Of a stretch of 64,000 bases of DNA, positions 50,661 through 63,200 are shown in pieces. Each line of letters starts with the position of its first letter. Within the stretch, counting starts at the first letter, position 1. The position numbers and the translations under genes were made by a program. Location of the stretch: NCBI GenBank assembly GCA_013239625.1, contig MU053994.1, positions 1,367,775 to 1,431,774 on the forward strand, written 5' to 3'. Source of the stretch: Lama guanicoe (lineage: Eukaryota). Below the pieces are notes generated by a model. That model did no database searches. It was not told the DNA's origin and worked only from the letters and a program-made list of their open reading frames with translations.

Positions 50661-51479
50661 TAATGTATATATGGGGTATATATAAATATATTTAAAATGT
50701 ATGTATATATATATATATATATATCTGCCTTTTTGATATATAATAATAATAATACAGTTCAGAAGACTGTGATTCTCCTATATTCTTAATCCTCTAGCAA
50801 ATATTTCCCAGTGATAGATTGGTATATCCTTCATATTCCTGTCCTAATACTAAGATGACATAAGACTTGTTAACAGAAGATACTATAGCACCCCAGGTTA
50901 CATGGGGACAGGCCCCGATTTGGTTCTATAAGAATCAAACAAGAAGTTGATACATGGAAAGGTCACTTAGAGGCACTAGCAGGGCTGCTGGCTCCCAGCA
51001 AAGGCAAAGGGTGCCCTGTACCCCTGGGGACAGTGATCCTAGTGGAGTTGGGCCCAGCGAGATCTCTTGCACAGCTTGACTCAGAGATTTGAGATCATAA
51101 TATATGTCCCTGGGGAGAGATGCTTTTTAGCCAAATTTATTGGCAATTATTTTTATTAGAGATTTAAAAAATTAAAAATATAAGTATTATACCCAGTAAT
51201 GATTTTAGGAGCAGCTAATGTAATAGAAAGTTCTGGGATATTTTCAAAAGAAAAAGATGGAGCTGCTAGGGGTAAGGAAGCTTCCATGAATAAAGGCAGT
51301 GCATTCCCAAATGAGTAATGAAATAATAATTCCAGAGAGGAACAAATTTACCACTGATTACAAATTTTACTTCCTTATTTACTTCTTTGTCTTTATTTGT
51401 TGTTTCTTCCACCTCCGTAAACCAGCCAGAATAACCAGAGCAAGTTCTCCCTAAACGTATTTTTCAATGGAGGTAACTA

Positions 51480-52440
51480 CAAATTTTCATTGTAAAAAGT
51501 CAATAGATTATGGAAAAGTATTAAAGAAGAAAGTAAAAATCACTTGTAATCTCATCCTTCAAAAAGTATGATTGCAGAGCAGTTTTACCGAGACATTTTT
51601 CTACACGCAACACACTTTATAAAAAATGCTCAAAAAACAAATCATTCTATGCCTCCAGTTTCCAACTTTCTTTTTTTCCTTTAATGACATTTACATGTCA
51701 TGGATACCTTTCCATATCAAGAGATGTAAAGCTATTGATCTTTTCAAAGTGACTCATAGGATTCAACTGTAAGCTTAACCAGTCGGCTATTGATACCCAT
51801 TTAGATAGCTTCCAGTTTTGCTACTGTAAAGCTCACTGACATAATCTTTGTGTACTTGTCTGATTATTCCTTAGGCTTCATTCCTAGCAGTGGAATCTAT
51901 GAGTCAAAGAACAAGGCTTTTGTCATTCATCACCAAATTGCTCTCCAGAAAGGCTGTGCCTATTTATAGTTCCATTAGTGGCACATATAAATGCCCATTC
52001 CCCCTCACTTAGCCTGGGGATGATCTATATCTTTGCCAATCTAATAAATGAAAAATTATATTTTATCATTCAACCTCATTAGTAATCAAAGAGATGCCAA
52101 ATAAAAAAGCATGTCTTCACTCTACATAGTCAACTTGTATTCCTTATGTGGATTACCTACTTATGCTTTTTGCTCATTTTTCTATTTGGGTATACCTTAC
52201 TTTCTTATTGATCTTAAGAGCACTTTACATATTAAGGATCCTCTTCTTTCAACTGCTGTCTGTGTAAAAAATGCTTTGCCTGGTTTTTCATTTGTCCTTT
52301 GTTCCTGGCTTTTCTTTTTCCCTTTCTTTCTTTCTTTCTTTTTTTTTTAACAATGCCAAAGTTTTACATTCTTGTGTATTAAAACAGTTAACATTTTTCT
52401 TAGGATTTCAGTCTTCAGTGTTACTCTAGAAAGGCAACAT
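51480..52440 (-). mobile_element. L1ME-type fragment
   Basis: cccatttagatagcttccagttttgctact...ttcctagcagtggaat...ccaaattgctctccagaaaggctg. Confidence 0.7.
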
Positions 52441-53479
52441 ATTCATCTTACGATTTTTTTTTTCCCAGTCATGCTGAGGTACACTACAGTTACAGCTCTC
52501 CTTTCCCTCCAAATCACGTTTCTCATTACTTTCCAGAGGTTTTGGGATCTTGGAAACCAGAGCAAAGGAAACATGACTATTAATAGCAACACTTGACATT
52601 TCTATTTTCAGTGTGCTATAGGATCACTAATTAGTCCCCCCTTCAGCTTAGCACTCCCCCGGTCACCCTGGCTGCCATTCATTCATCCTACAGGACACTG
52701 AGGCATAGGACAGAGAAGGCTGTGGCATTCCACTTGGTAGGTAGCACTTTACCTGCCCAGGACTTAGATCCAAGCTCCCCATCTGTGCTTAAATCAAGGT
52801 GAGGCAATTTCTTCCACAGAGGCTGGTAGATTCCCAGGATGCACTCAGACCATAGGGATGAGATCTCTGGGTGAAACTCCACTGCTGTCCCTCCCCATCC
52901 CACCCCCAAAAGAAGGGAAATCGTATCATATATAGGATGGTTTGCAACCTGGGGTTTTCTGACTTTAACTTGGGCCACAGGAGAGATTGTACCCCTTTTT
53001 AATTCACTGTTAAAATTTGACTATCAGAATGCCTACTGCAAGAGTTAGGGAGGACCAAGAAAAAAGGAGGAAATGAGTGGACAGAAAACACCTTCTAACT
53101 TGGTGAAGGGTGTGCTCCCAAGGCCACGTTCGGTGAAACTCATTCATCCCACAAAGGTCAATTGCATGCTGGGAACTGGGCTAGCGGCTGGGGAAACAAT
53201 GATGTTTTTCAGCTGCAATGGAGTCGGATGTGTACTGTTGTGTGGACTATATGAACAGTACAAAGCTCAACAGCAGCACAGAGGAGAGACTTCCTGGAGG
53301 GGTGGCCTCTCTGCTGAGATCCAAATGATGAACAGGCATTCATCAGAGCTTTGTGGGTGGGAGAAATAAAGACAACATGGGAACTTTCCAGAAGAGTGGA
53401 GTGGAAGGGAAGCCAGGAAAACTGGATTCAGAAAAGGGAAGGGCCTGTAGAAGTGCTTCTTATTATTATCTTTGGAGAA

Positions 53480-53708
53480 GGACTAGAGTTTTTCCCCCCT
53501 CAATGTGTCACAGACAATATTTTTGTTATAAGATGCAGTAACAATGGATTAATACAAAATTAAAGACTTTCAAAATACAAACTCCATTTTTATTATTAGA
53601 TTCAGCAGACAAAAATTATTCTGTTGAATTGCTAGAAAAGTTTCGATTACTCTTAGTTTCTGTACTTACCTCATTGCAGACCAGCACCACTTTGACTATA
53701 GTACTGGT
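53480..53708. mobile_element. hAT-Charlie-type DNA transposon fragment within L2 remnants (about 53140-53400 and 53740-53900, minus)
   Basis: AT-rich body ending cttacctcattgcagaccagcaccactttgactatagtactg. The flanks carry L2 motifs (ggatttagcaac-like tgaatgtagcaacaaataggtagttg). Confidence 0.5.
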
Positions 53709-54079
53709 TCACAAAACATGCTTTTTGAGCAGCGCCGAGCCTGAGCATTCTGGGAAGGAGATGGGGTCAACAGGGTCAAATGGTGCCAAGGTGTTAAGTA
53801 AAATGAGGTTTGGTAAATGTCCTTTGAATGTAGCAACAAATAGGTAGTTGCAAAGAGCACTTTCACTGGAGTGCTTGAGACAGAAGCCAGACCAAGTGGG
53901 TTGAGGGGTTCCTCTGCATTCACAGAGACTAAAAAAAATGTGGAAGGGAAGATTAACTAAAACATGAAATGCTTAAGCTTAATATTGACAAACACCATCC
54001 TCGTTTACACAAAAAGGTTAACAAATAAATCTATGTTGTGACAAGAAAGAAGGACAGATAGTAGCTGGATAAAATGTAT

Positions 54080-54270
54080 CATGTAGTAGAAGATGTATCA
54101 GTCCAAGAGTCTGGGGGCCTAGATTATCAGGTGGAGCCAGGCAGTCATAAGCTGTGTGACCTTGGGCAAGTCATTCACCCCCTCTGGTCCTCAGTTTCCT
54201 TCTCTGCCAAATGAGGGGATTGTGCAAGATCTCCTCTCTATGTTTACTTCCCACTTTTGCATTCTGTAAT
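54080..54270 (+). mobile_element. MIR/MIR3 SINE
   Basis: agctgtgtgaccttgggcaagtcattcacccctctggtcctcagtttccttctctgccaaatgagggg. Confidence 0.85.
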
Positions 54271-56204
54271 TTTAATGTCAAATAATCACTGTAAATATTG
54301 ATGTTCCTCAAAGTGGTACAATTTGGGGGGAATTCTATTTCTTGAATTCTGTTGAATCTGGCTGCGCATTTTCAAGAGCTTATCCATTGCCTGCAGCCAG
54401 ATGCCAGCCAGCAAAAACCTTCTCACTTGGTTACAACTAGTAAGATGAACCTATCCGCCAAACATTAGGAACCAGAATATGTGCTAAGACCCTACACGTT
54501 CCTGGTGTTTGTGTAGAATGCACTTCGTGGTCCAGCTGGGAGGGCGAAGAAAGAATCTGAAGGCATCCCTAATCTGCTCTGAGCTTTGAGAAAGCCAGGA
54601 GCAATGGTGGTGGGAGAGTGGGAGTGGGGAGCAAAGTTATGGTTGTGATGCAAGCTTGGCAAGGGTCTGGGAGACCCTACAGTGGGACGAGTTTTCCTTT
54701 TCTGCCCAAACCCCTCTGAAGTGTCAGGGACGCTGGCTGGATCATTGGTCCTCATCTTTGTCCTTTCTATAGTTAAGAAATTGACCTGCCGTTCTGTCTT
54801 TGCGGTCCCTGATATCATAGCCTCTGAATTCAGCAAATCATGACGTGTCACTGAAGGTCTTCCTCACATCCATTATGTATTTTCTTTGAACATTACTCCT
54901 CGCTTTATAGACCTTGCTAGGACTGTCTCCTGCATTTCCTTCTGGGCAGAATTAGCAGAGGCCCTCTGTGGTCACAGACACACACGCGCACACCCGCACA
55001 CGTGCTTTGTTCAGTCAGAGCAGAAGAAAGCAGTTCAGTGGGCCCAGGTAAACAATGAATTACCTCGTGCTCCCTGCAGAGTGGCTTCCTGATAATGGGC
55101 AGGGTTGAAAGCAGGGGCTGTTTTCTGTGGGTCACCTCGTAGCTGCACATCGCTCTCTGCCCATTAAGTGAAACTGGAACAAGCCATTTGGGTGGTTGCA
55201 ACACATCTGGCTGAAGTGCCCAGCTGTTGCTCTTTCCTTTCTCTGGTTTTCAGTCCCCGTGATGTGGGCTCATTATGGCTGTGATCGTTGCTGATGACAT
55301 TAATGCACTGTGCTGCTTCTCCATCGCACGTGCCATCTGCTCCCATAAGCCCTGTGGGGTAAGTGGTAGGTAATTGTTTCCCATCGGTAGTCCATTTTCT
55401 CAGATAAAGGATGCGAGATTCAAAAATAAACATCCACTCTGAGCTGTTGCAATGAGGCCAGTGTGGATCTGGGGGCAGCCACCCCATCTACTGCGAGTAG
55501 TGAGTGAGGCTGTTTTCCCCTTAATTCAAGTCGAAGGGCAATTTGATTCATTAACAGTGGCTCTGGGAAACGAGGAGGTTCAGGGAGAGAGCAGAGGCAA
55601 AAAAAATCCCTGAGAGTTCTTATAAACCAGCAGGGTCAGTGCAAAAGAGAAGGGGAGAGATGGAGAGAGAAATTGGTGATTCATCAGCGAAGCCTTACTA
55701 GTGGATGGGAATGAAAGATAAGAGCCCATGTAGTTTCAGCAGTGGGAAATGGGCTTGGGCACCACCACCTCGGCTTCTTAGTTAGCTATGGCTTCGGCTT
55801 TGCCACCAAGGACCACAGGTTCCAGACCAGAATTGAAAGGGCAGCACGTCAAAGGGCACCAGGCACAGCTCAGAAGGTGGGCAAGCAGAGAGTGTAAGAT
55901 GGGGCGATGCCAAAGAAGAACCAAAAGGCCAGCTTATAGAAATTACAATGGGGGAGAAATGTGATTTACCTGTGTCTTCCCAGGCTCCCGAGGTGACTGA
56001 TCGGGCTTGCTTTTTTTTTTTTTTAAGGAAATTGCATCCTATGGTTCACTTTTAACCTGTTTTCCCTTAAGAACTGCCCCACAACATCCTTGGTTTGACT
56101 TTCACCTCCCTCAGAGCTCATCTCCACATACGACAGTCATTTACTCAACAAATATTTACTGCACTCCTGCCGGATGCCTAGTGCTGTTCTCACTGGGAGC
56201 TTGC

Positions 56205-56390
56205 TATGGGCCTCTGGAGCTGGACAGGCCCAGGTTTGCCATTTGCTGCTACAAATCTGTAACCCCTCTGAACTTATGTGTTTGAATCTCTACAGAGGGG
56301 TAATTGTACTGGTTTCCTGTGATTGTTATGAGAACCAAATGAGACTCTGTGTGGCTCAGGCCAGAGGCTGAAAAGGCCCTCAGTAAACAT
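56205..56390 (+). mobile_element. MIR fragment
   Basis: ctctggagctggacaggcccaggttt...taacccctctgaac...gttatgagaaccaaatgag. Confidence 0.55.
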
Positions 56391-56724
56391 GGAGATGGGA
56401 TGATGAGCATCCCTCCTTTTACACGTTGGACCCGTCTCCTTGCGTCCTTTCATCCGTGTGGTCCTCTCACGCCTCCTCCACCAGCTGAGACCTGCTGCCT
56501 GCATCTGCTCAGGCCCTGATTTCATACCTCCTGTGCCCAACTGCTAGTCTTTACTTCCGAGAACTGCCCTGTGGCTCCATGGGGCAGGGTGAGGGCAATG
56601 ATTTCCTCTGGGGGCAACTGAACTGGTCTGGAGGGGTCACCTTCCTGCAGCCTTCCCACCCACCCAGTGCTCCTGAGTTAGGAGAAGGATTCCCTAACAC
56701 CAGGCTTGCTCCAATTGCAGCCAA

Positions 56725-56855
56725 TCCTGCTAATTGATTCATGTTATTTTATTTTCTGTACTGGTGGTTAGGGCCTCAAGCAACTTTATGCAAATTTATG
56801 AACCTTATGCAAATGAGGGCATCCCTTGACTAATTGCACACAAAATGGAAGCTTT
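56725..56855. promoter_or_regulatory. Candidate POU-bound enhancer with two perfect octamers
   Basis: ATGCAAAT at 56788-56795 and 56807-56814, flanked by CTAATTG homeodomain motifs. Confidence 0.55.
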
Positions 56856-58197
56856 GTGGGCACCTCCCCCATTCAAGTGTGCCCTGACTCCTTCTTATCC
56901 TTTAAATTACTCCCAGACTCTCCCATCTCTACCAGCCCCCAAGATCAACAGCCTCCCCTTCCACCAGCCTCCCCACCTGCAATCTTCTCAGGGGCCATTT
57001 TGGAATATTTGAGGTACAGCGTCAGCCATGTTTGCAAGGGCTGGTGGCTGCCTGGTGTCCCAGGACACCATAGCCTTGGGGGGATACCCCGCCCGGTTTG
57101 TTTTTACTTCAAATCATTTGAATCCCACCCAACTTCCTTTTCCAAGACTCCCAGGACAGGCAAGACCAGCTCAGGGCAGCCTGGAACCTGCCAGAGGCTC
57201 ATAGAGCTGGCCTGATGTGGCCCCTTTGGGTAAGAACAGAGCTGTGTGTGGCCCTTCCATCTCCGTGGGACCTTGTCACCAATCTTGGGCCCATTTTTGG
57301 CCCCGGCACACTGACAAGGAATTCTCAGGAAGGTCGGTCTTGAGTAGGGTTCCCTAGCGTCAGAGCCTGAAATAGGAATTTAGGGGGCCAGTGGCCTGGT
57401 GGAGGAGGGCTCTCAGGACGGAATGAGGGAAGCAGGATGGGGCAGGGGCAAGCTGGACAGATGTGGGTTCTGATAAGTCTCGACTCAGCCTGATTCCCTG
57501 GGGAGCTCTGGCGTTGCCCAACTTGAGGGAAGGTGAGGGTCTGAATCCACTCCTAGCTCCTGTTTTGAGAGGCAGTAGCTGCCAGTAGCCCCAGGGGACA
57601 GAGATGGTAATCTCCCAAGCATTTTTGGGGAAGGGGGCTCCCTTCTGAGAAGGGGTCAACCAACACACGGCAGCTGGGGCATGGGTGCGCCAGCCCAGGT
57701 AGGGCACCAACATGTCTCCTGCAGGCACTAAATGAAATGCTGGATCACGACCACCGAGATCAAGGCCTTTCCATTTCTTTGTTTGTTTGTTTAGCCTAAT
57801 TTAATTCTAACATCTCTGTAAAGCAGGCATTTAAATCATCCCCATTTTATAAACGTAATAACTAGTGCTCAGGGCAAGTTGCCACCTGCTTCCAAGGCCA
57901 TGTGACTGTGAACCTCCCAGACAGAAGAGGGATTTGAACTTGGAGTCACTGACTTTCCGCTGGGCCTGTCTGGCCTGGCAGTGGATCAGGACCTTTGTTT
58001 TGCATCCAGACCCTCTGATGTCCAAGGTCGGAACGTACTACTTCAGAATTCTTACACACTGAGCTTTTCTCGAGAGCCCTCTTTCCCTATTCTCCCTCTT
58101 GTATGGCTCCTTTTCACAAAATCCCTCATGGAAATGTTTGTAAGGGAGTGTTGGGGGTGCTGGGGTCCTAGGTGACAGGAAGTGGAGACCAAGGTTT

Positions 58198-58715
58198 CCC
58201 ATCTTCTTCCTCCATTCCATCCTGCCTCCTACTCCCTCTCTTCCCTTCCTTCCCCTCTTGGACCCCTTCCCCCACCATTTCCCCTTCCTCTCCCTTCCCT
58301 TAGCTCTGTGGACTCCCTCCCCCATTCCTCTTCACCCCCTCCTTGCCTTCCTTTCTCCTCCTCCCTCCCCTCCCCTCCCCCACTCTTCTTTGCCGTCACT
58401 CCCTTTCCTTTCCTTTCCTTTCCTGCCTCCCCTTCNNNNNNNNNNNNNNNNNNNNNNNNNNNNNNNNNNNNNNNNNNNNNNNNNNNNNNNNNNNNNNNNN
58501 NNNNNNNNNNNNNNNNNNNNNNNNNNNNNNNNNNNNNNNNNNNNNNNNNNNNNNNNNNNNNNNNNNNNNNNNNNNNNNNNNNNNNNNNNNNNNNNNNNNN
58601 NNNNNNNNNNNNNNNNNNNNNNNNNCTTCCCCTTCCTCTCCATAATCTTCCTAGTCCCTTCCTTACCGCGCCTACACCCCCTCACCCCCCACCCTCCGCC
58701 ACCCCTGCCTCCCAG
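58198..58715. repeat. Low-complexity polypyrimidine (C/T) tract spanning a 190-N assembly gap (58436-58625)
   Basis: Directly visible. Confidence 0.95.
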
Positions 58716-59260
58716 AGGGCGGCCATCGCCTCCGCAGGCCCTGCCCCTAGATGAGCCAAAGTCTGTCCGTCTCAGCCCAGGGCGGATTATCCAGACCAGG
58801 TCGCGAGGCGCGCTCTGCAGTGCGGGAGAAGGCAGCATCTCAGCTCCGGGCGCTCCCGCCCTCCCCGCGGCCGGCTGAGAGGGAGGGGCGGGTAGAGGGG
58901 CCCAGGGCAGCCTTGAGTCGCCGGCCTGTGCTTGGCTTGCTGGGCCCGCGGGGGATTCGAGCCGCGCGGGCAGCCCCGGATCCAGGCGGTACCTGGATCC
59001 GCCTCAGCGTGGCAGTCTAGCTCGGGAGAGGGCGCCCACGGGGAGCCAAGTGAAAGCGCGGCTGGAGGGGATCAGCATATCGTGACTAGAGGAGCAGCCT
59101 GCTGCCAGGCAGCCCCCAGGAGAATGGCTAGGCGAGGAGCGCGCTGAGGATCCATGTGGCCGCAAGAAGCTAAAAAGTAAATGGTGATGCCAGGTGCTCT
59201 GCGCAACAGCCCGCTCTCCCCGCCCTTTGTATCAGCATCAAAACCGTAGTTCACCCGTCC
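58660..59260. promoter_or_regulatory. Small CpG island (promoter-like or orphan island)
   Basis: Sharp rise in GC and CpG density (tcgcgaggcgcg, ccgcggccgg, gccgcgcggg) against the CpG-depleted background; GC boxes at about 58780, 58883 and 59218. Confidence 0.8.
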
Positions 59261-59319
59261 TCCTCCTGAGAGGTGTTCCCAATGCTGGGCAACGGGCCAA
59301 GGACTGTAATCATTAAAGC

Positions 59320-59500
59320 CAATGTTGCAAGAGTGCTTACCCTGTATCTGGCATTGTGCTAAGTCTTCCCATTTTACAGATAAGGAAACGAAAGGGAGGC
59401 ACATTGAAATTGTCACACAGCTGGTAAGTTGTAGAGCCAGAATTCAAACATAGGAGGTCTGCCTCCAGAATCTGGGTCCTTAACCATTACACTGACAGCC
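59320..59500 (-). mobile_element. MIR SINE
   Basis: cccattttacagataaggaaacgaag...gtcacacagctggtaagttgtagagccagaattcaaac. Confidence 0.8.
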
Positions 59501-60059
59501 TCCCTGTGCTCAGTGTTAGGCTGATCAAGATGCCCCAGAAGCTCAGAGAATGGATGAGAGAATGATCTGGAAACACTTTCTCAAGACAGCAGCCAGAGAA
59601 GCAAGTCCCATTTGTCTAGGGCAGGTGGCTACAAAGCTGGGAGTTCCTCTTTATCCTTTCCCTATGTCGATAGGCTGCATACCTGTGGCTTCCTGTGTCT
59701 CTGATTTTGCTGATGGTTCTGGCCAAAGCTCAAGCCATCAGAAAACTGTTTCCCCAGGGGCAGGAAAAAATTGTGCATTTCTTCTCTCCTTGCAGCTTGT
59801 CCTGGGAGCCGCCCACACACTACATTAACCATATACGCTGCCTCTTCCCCAGCCTCCATTCCTGCAGGTGACAGTGTAACCTACAACCACTGCCACTCTT
59901 CACCCCTTCGCTCAGTACTGGACAACTAGAATGAGTCACAAGGGGCACGACTTTACCATAAAGGAAGGAAGCACATCATTGTGTGTCCTGCGTTGTCCCC
60001 TATGAATGGGGCCCAGAACTGACACCTTCCAATATCCCGTCTCATTTAGGTGCCATGTG

Positions 60060-60250
60060 AATAGCAGCCATTTGTTGAGGTGATCCTCTGTTTCAGGCTC
60101 TTTATAGACATCATTGCTCCTCCTCCCAGCACCTCTTAAAGACAAGTGTCATTATCTCTGCTTTAGAGATAGGAAAACTGAGATTAGAGAGGTTAAGTGA
60201 CCTCCTGGCCAAAGGTTGGGCAGGAAGTCACCTGACTTTCAAAACTACTT
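60060..60250 (-). mobile_element. MIR fragment
   Basis: cattatctctgctttagagataggaaaactgagattagagaggttaagtgacc. Confidence 0.7.
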
Positions 60251-63200
60251 TCTTCACATCGTGTCCCCTGTCTGGGGTCAGAGAAGAGCTCTGAGGTCAG
60301 CCTCCAAGCCCCTCCCACTCAGTTTGTCAACTTCATCAGGGGCACTGTCTCCCACAGCCCTCCTCCAGGCTCCCCACTCCCACACACACACCTTTCCTAT
60401 TCCTTCTCCGTCCTTCCTTCTGATTTTCCAAAAGTTCACCTTCTACCTGCTACCTGTCCTTAGTTGGGACACCCAACTGAATGGGAACATTCCCTCCGCC
60501 CAGACAGGGAGCAACCCCTCCACTGCCACTCCCAGTCCTGACGGTTACTCTGTTGTAATAGAATTGAAATCTAAAGCTAGAGGTATCTCAGGGCCAAGGA
60601 CACAACCAGAACATGTGTGTGAGTGAGCGTGCATGTGTGGGTGTGTGCCTGCACGCTCAGTGAGATCTGTAACAGGGAGCAGAGTGGATTTTAGCAGATC
60701 AGGAAAGGAGTTTTCCTGTAGGCTCCTTCGGTGTTCTGTTCTCATGGTGATACAGGTGGCTGAAAGCTGGAGCCAGAGAACTGGGGAGCTAAGGGCTGTG
60801 CCTACCCCAGCTTCCCAGGGGCCCATCTTCCAACTGCCTGCAGAGCTGAGAAGCAAGGCTCTGGGTTGCTTTTGTCCTGGCAGGGTATTTTGTTTGCTTG
60901 GAGTATCTGAATGGAGCCAGACTGAAGAGGAAGGCTGGATTGGGGAAACTCATGACAGTTCTGGGTAGCAGGAGGGAGAGGGAGGCCATTTTGGCCTAGA
61001 AATCCTGAAGAAGATGGGACTTCTCCACCCCTAACCAGAGCAGACTCCTGCCTTTGACTTCTGAGACCTCAGGGGTGGGGAGCGAGTGTTAAGAGGACAT
61101 GCAGTGGCAGTTTAAGCTCTACAGGAAGACTTCGGCAGGGACCTCCTAGCCAGCTGCCTCAGCATGAAACTAGGGGAGGAAGGAAAGACAGGAGGGGCCC
61201 ATTGTCTTATCCTAGGAGGACCCAGATTGCAGAAGTGCTTGTTCCCAAAGGCCCTCGGAAACCTGTCTGTGTGGTCCACCGCCCCACCCCAGACCCCTGC
61301 CCCTACTCGCTCGCTACATTCTCATTATGAAGGCTGCCATCTGCAATGCAGGCAAGGACGAGGTGCCTTCTCCCCTGCTGGAGTGCTGAGAAGTTAGGTC
61401 CAGGGCCACATCAGTCTCTTTCACAGCACAGTTATGTGCTAAGAACAGACAGCTTCTGATAGAGAACCCGCCAGCAAGTGGCAAAACGTCTCTCTCAGAT
61501 GCAAAGTCTTGGGTATTGTAGACACCTGCTTCCCGAATAGAGAGACTGAGGCCTTATTCCGCAGATATGCTTCTCCATCCCTTCATCCTCGCTGTACTTT
61601 GGCACAAACACTGGAGTTATTAGGGAAGTAAAATGTTAAGGCTACTGAGTGGCCTCTGCATGTCCCATTGCCAGGAAGAGAGGAAAGCTGGGGGCATCTG
61701 GGTTTTGGATTTCTGATTACTCCTTGGGAGCTGGAACACCTCTGGACTTTCCCACGGCTGGGGCCCTGGCAAAATTTTCTGTAAACCAGAGTGCTTCCTG
61801 AGCCTTTGTCCCATCCCGATCTGACCTGTGTGGGCAAGCTTTGCCAGAAGGAAAGCTTTTGCTGCCCCTACTCAGAGTTTTCTTTCGGATAGTGCCTCCT
61901 CATCCCCATTTACAGGAAAGATGAAGATGGAGCCTTAAAGAAAAGTGCTCCCTGCGTCCTCCCTTCTCATCCAAGAGAGACAGCGTCCCTCCAAGAAGGC
62001 TGAGTCAGCCAGACCAGGGCCCGCCTCCTTGAGGCCCCTGCTGACTCCAGCTTCTGAGTGGATTTATAATGAAATTCAAATGAGATCGAGGTTATCCAGG
62101 GTGAATGAGGCTGCTCCTCGTCCCTCCTTTCTCTGGAGGGGGCAGCAGACAGTAGATCTTCACCTTCTTCAAGAATTGTTTTTGAAAGAAGAGTTAGTCA
62201 GGATGGAGTAGGTACCGGCCAGGGTAGGAGGGGGAGACACCCTAACGTCCATTCAAGCCCTGTGGTTGCAATTCCTTAGCTAAAAAGAATAGGAACAGGG
62301 CGCTTCTGAACCTTATCAGAACACCTGTGTGCCCTTGAGATCTTCAGGAGGCTCTGGAATGAGCTCACCGTTGCTGTGCATACAGACAAAGCCTGAGTGT
62401 GAAGCCCAAGCCCCGTCCAGTCATCAGATGGGGAATCGAACTCAGCACAGTGGGAAGGGCACATGCTTCATTGACTCTTCTGGCTGAGACTGCTGTTTTC
62501 ATTTTCAGCTGCATGTTTTCTTTGACCACCCGAAGCAGTAGCCCATCTCTGGGTTCTTCCTAAGCAGACAGAATGCAGTCTGATGACCCCAGGAGCATCC
62601 ACTCAGAACCACACCGACCAGGACTAAAAGCCACGTGCCTTCTGCCCTGGAATCGGCCACACTTCCTGAATCCCTGGCAGGCCAGGCCAGGCCAGGCTGG
62701 GCCAGCCGTGCTGAGGAAGTCTGGCCTCCAGGCTGCGAGATTCCAGCAAGGTACCATTTCCATATTCTCTGGCAATAACTAATTAGCGATTATAAAGCTC
62801 TTTGAAATATGAAGTGCTGCATGATAATATCTGTAATGAGCCTGATTCTTTCCCTCTTGCACGCGAGGCGGGAGGAGTAGGTTTTCCACCCATTAAGGGG
62901 AGTCGGGCTGCAAGGCAGCTTCCCTTCCCTGCGGAGCATCAGAGTCCTGGTCTGATCAAGTGGTCCTGGGGAGGGAGCAGCCCACTGGCAAAGCAGCACT
63001 TTGATGCCCGCCCTCCTCCAGTCTTCTAACCGCTTACCACCAGCTGCTTACCAGCTTCTGACTTCCCCTCCCCTGGGTGGGAGAAGGAGGGGGGCAGCGA
63101 AGATGATGGATGGAAAGAGGAGAAGAGAAAGGTGGAGTTAGGGTGAGGAGAACGAGTTGGGCTCTTGGTCTCCTTAATGTGATTTAGAATTTCATATTAA

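Noticed and set aside
37951..56853. Shared 14-mer ACAAAATGGAAGCT in two enhancer-like blocks (37951 and 56840)
   Set aside because: Several exact 14-mer matches are expected by chance in 64 kb.
58975..59002. Cloning-vector polylinker (BamHI-KpnI-BamHI)
   Set aside because: The sites follow from the natural inverted repeat; the flanks are continuous CpG-island sequence with no vector features.
58182..59147. Long ORFs over the C/T tract, gap and CpG island
   Set aside because: They stay open only because of low complexity, Ns and high GC; no recognisable domain.
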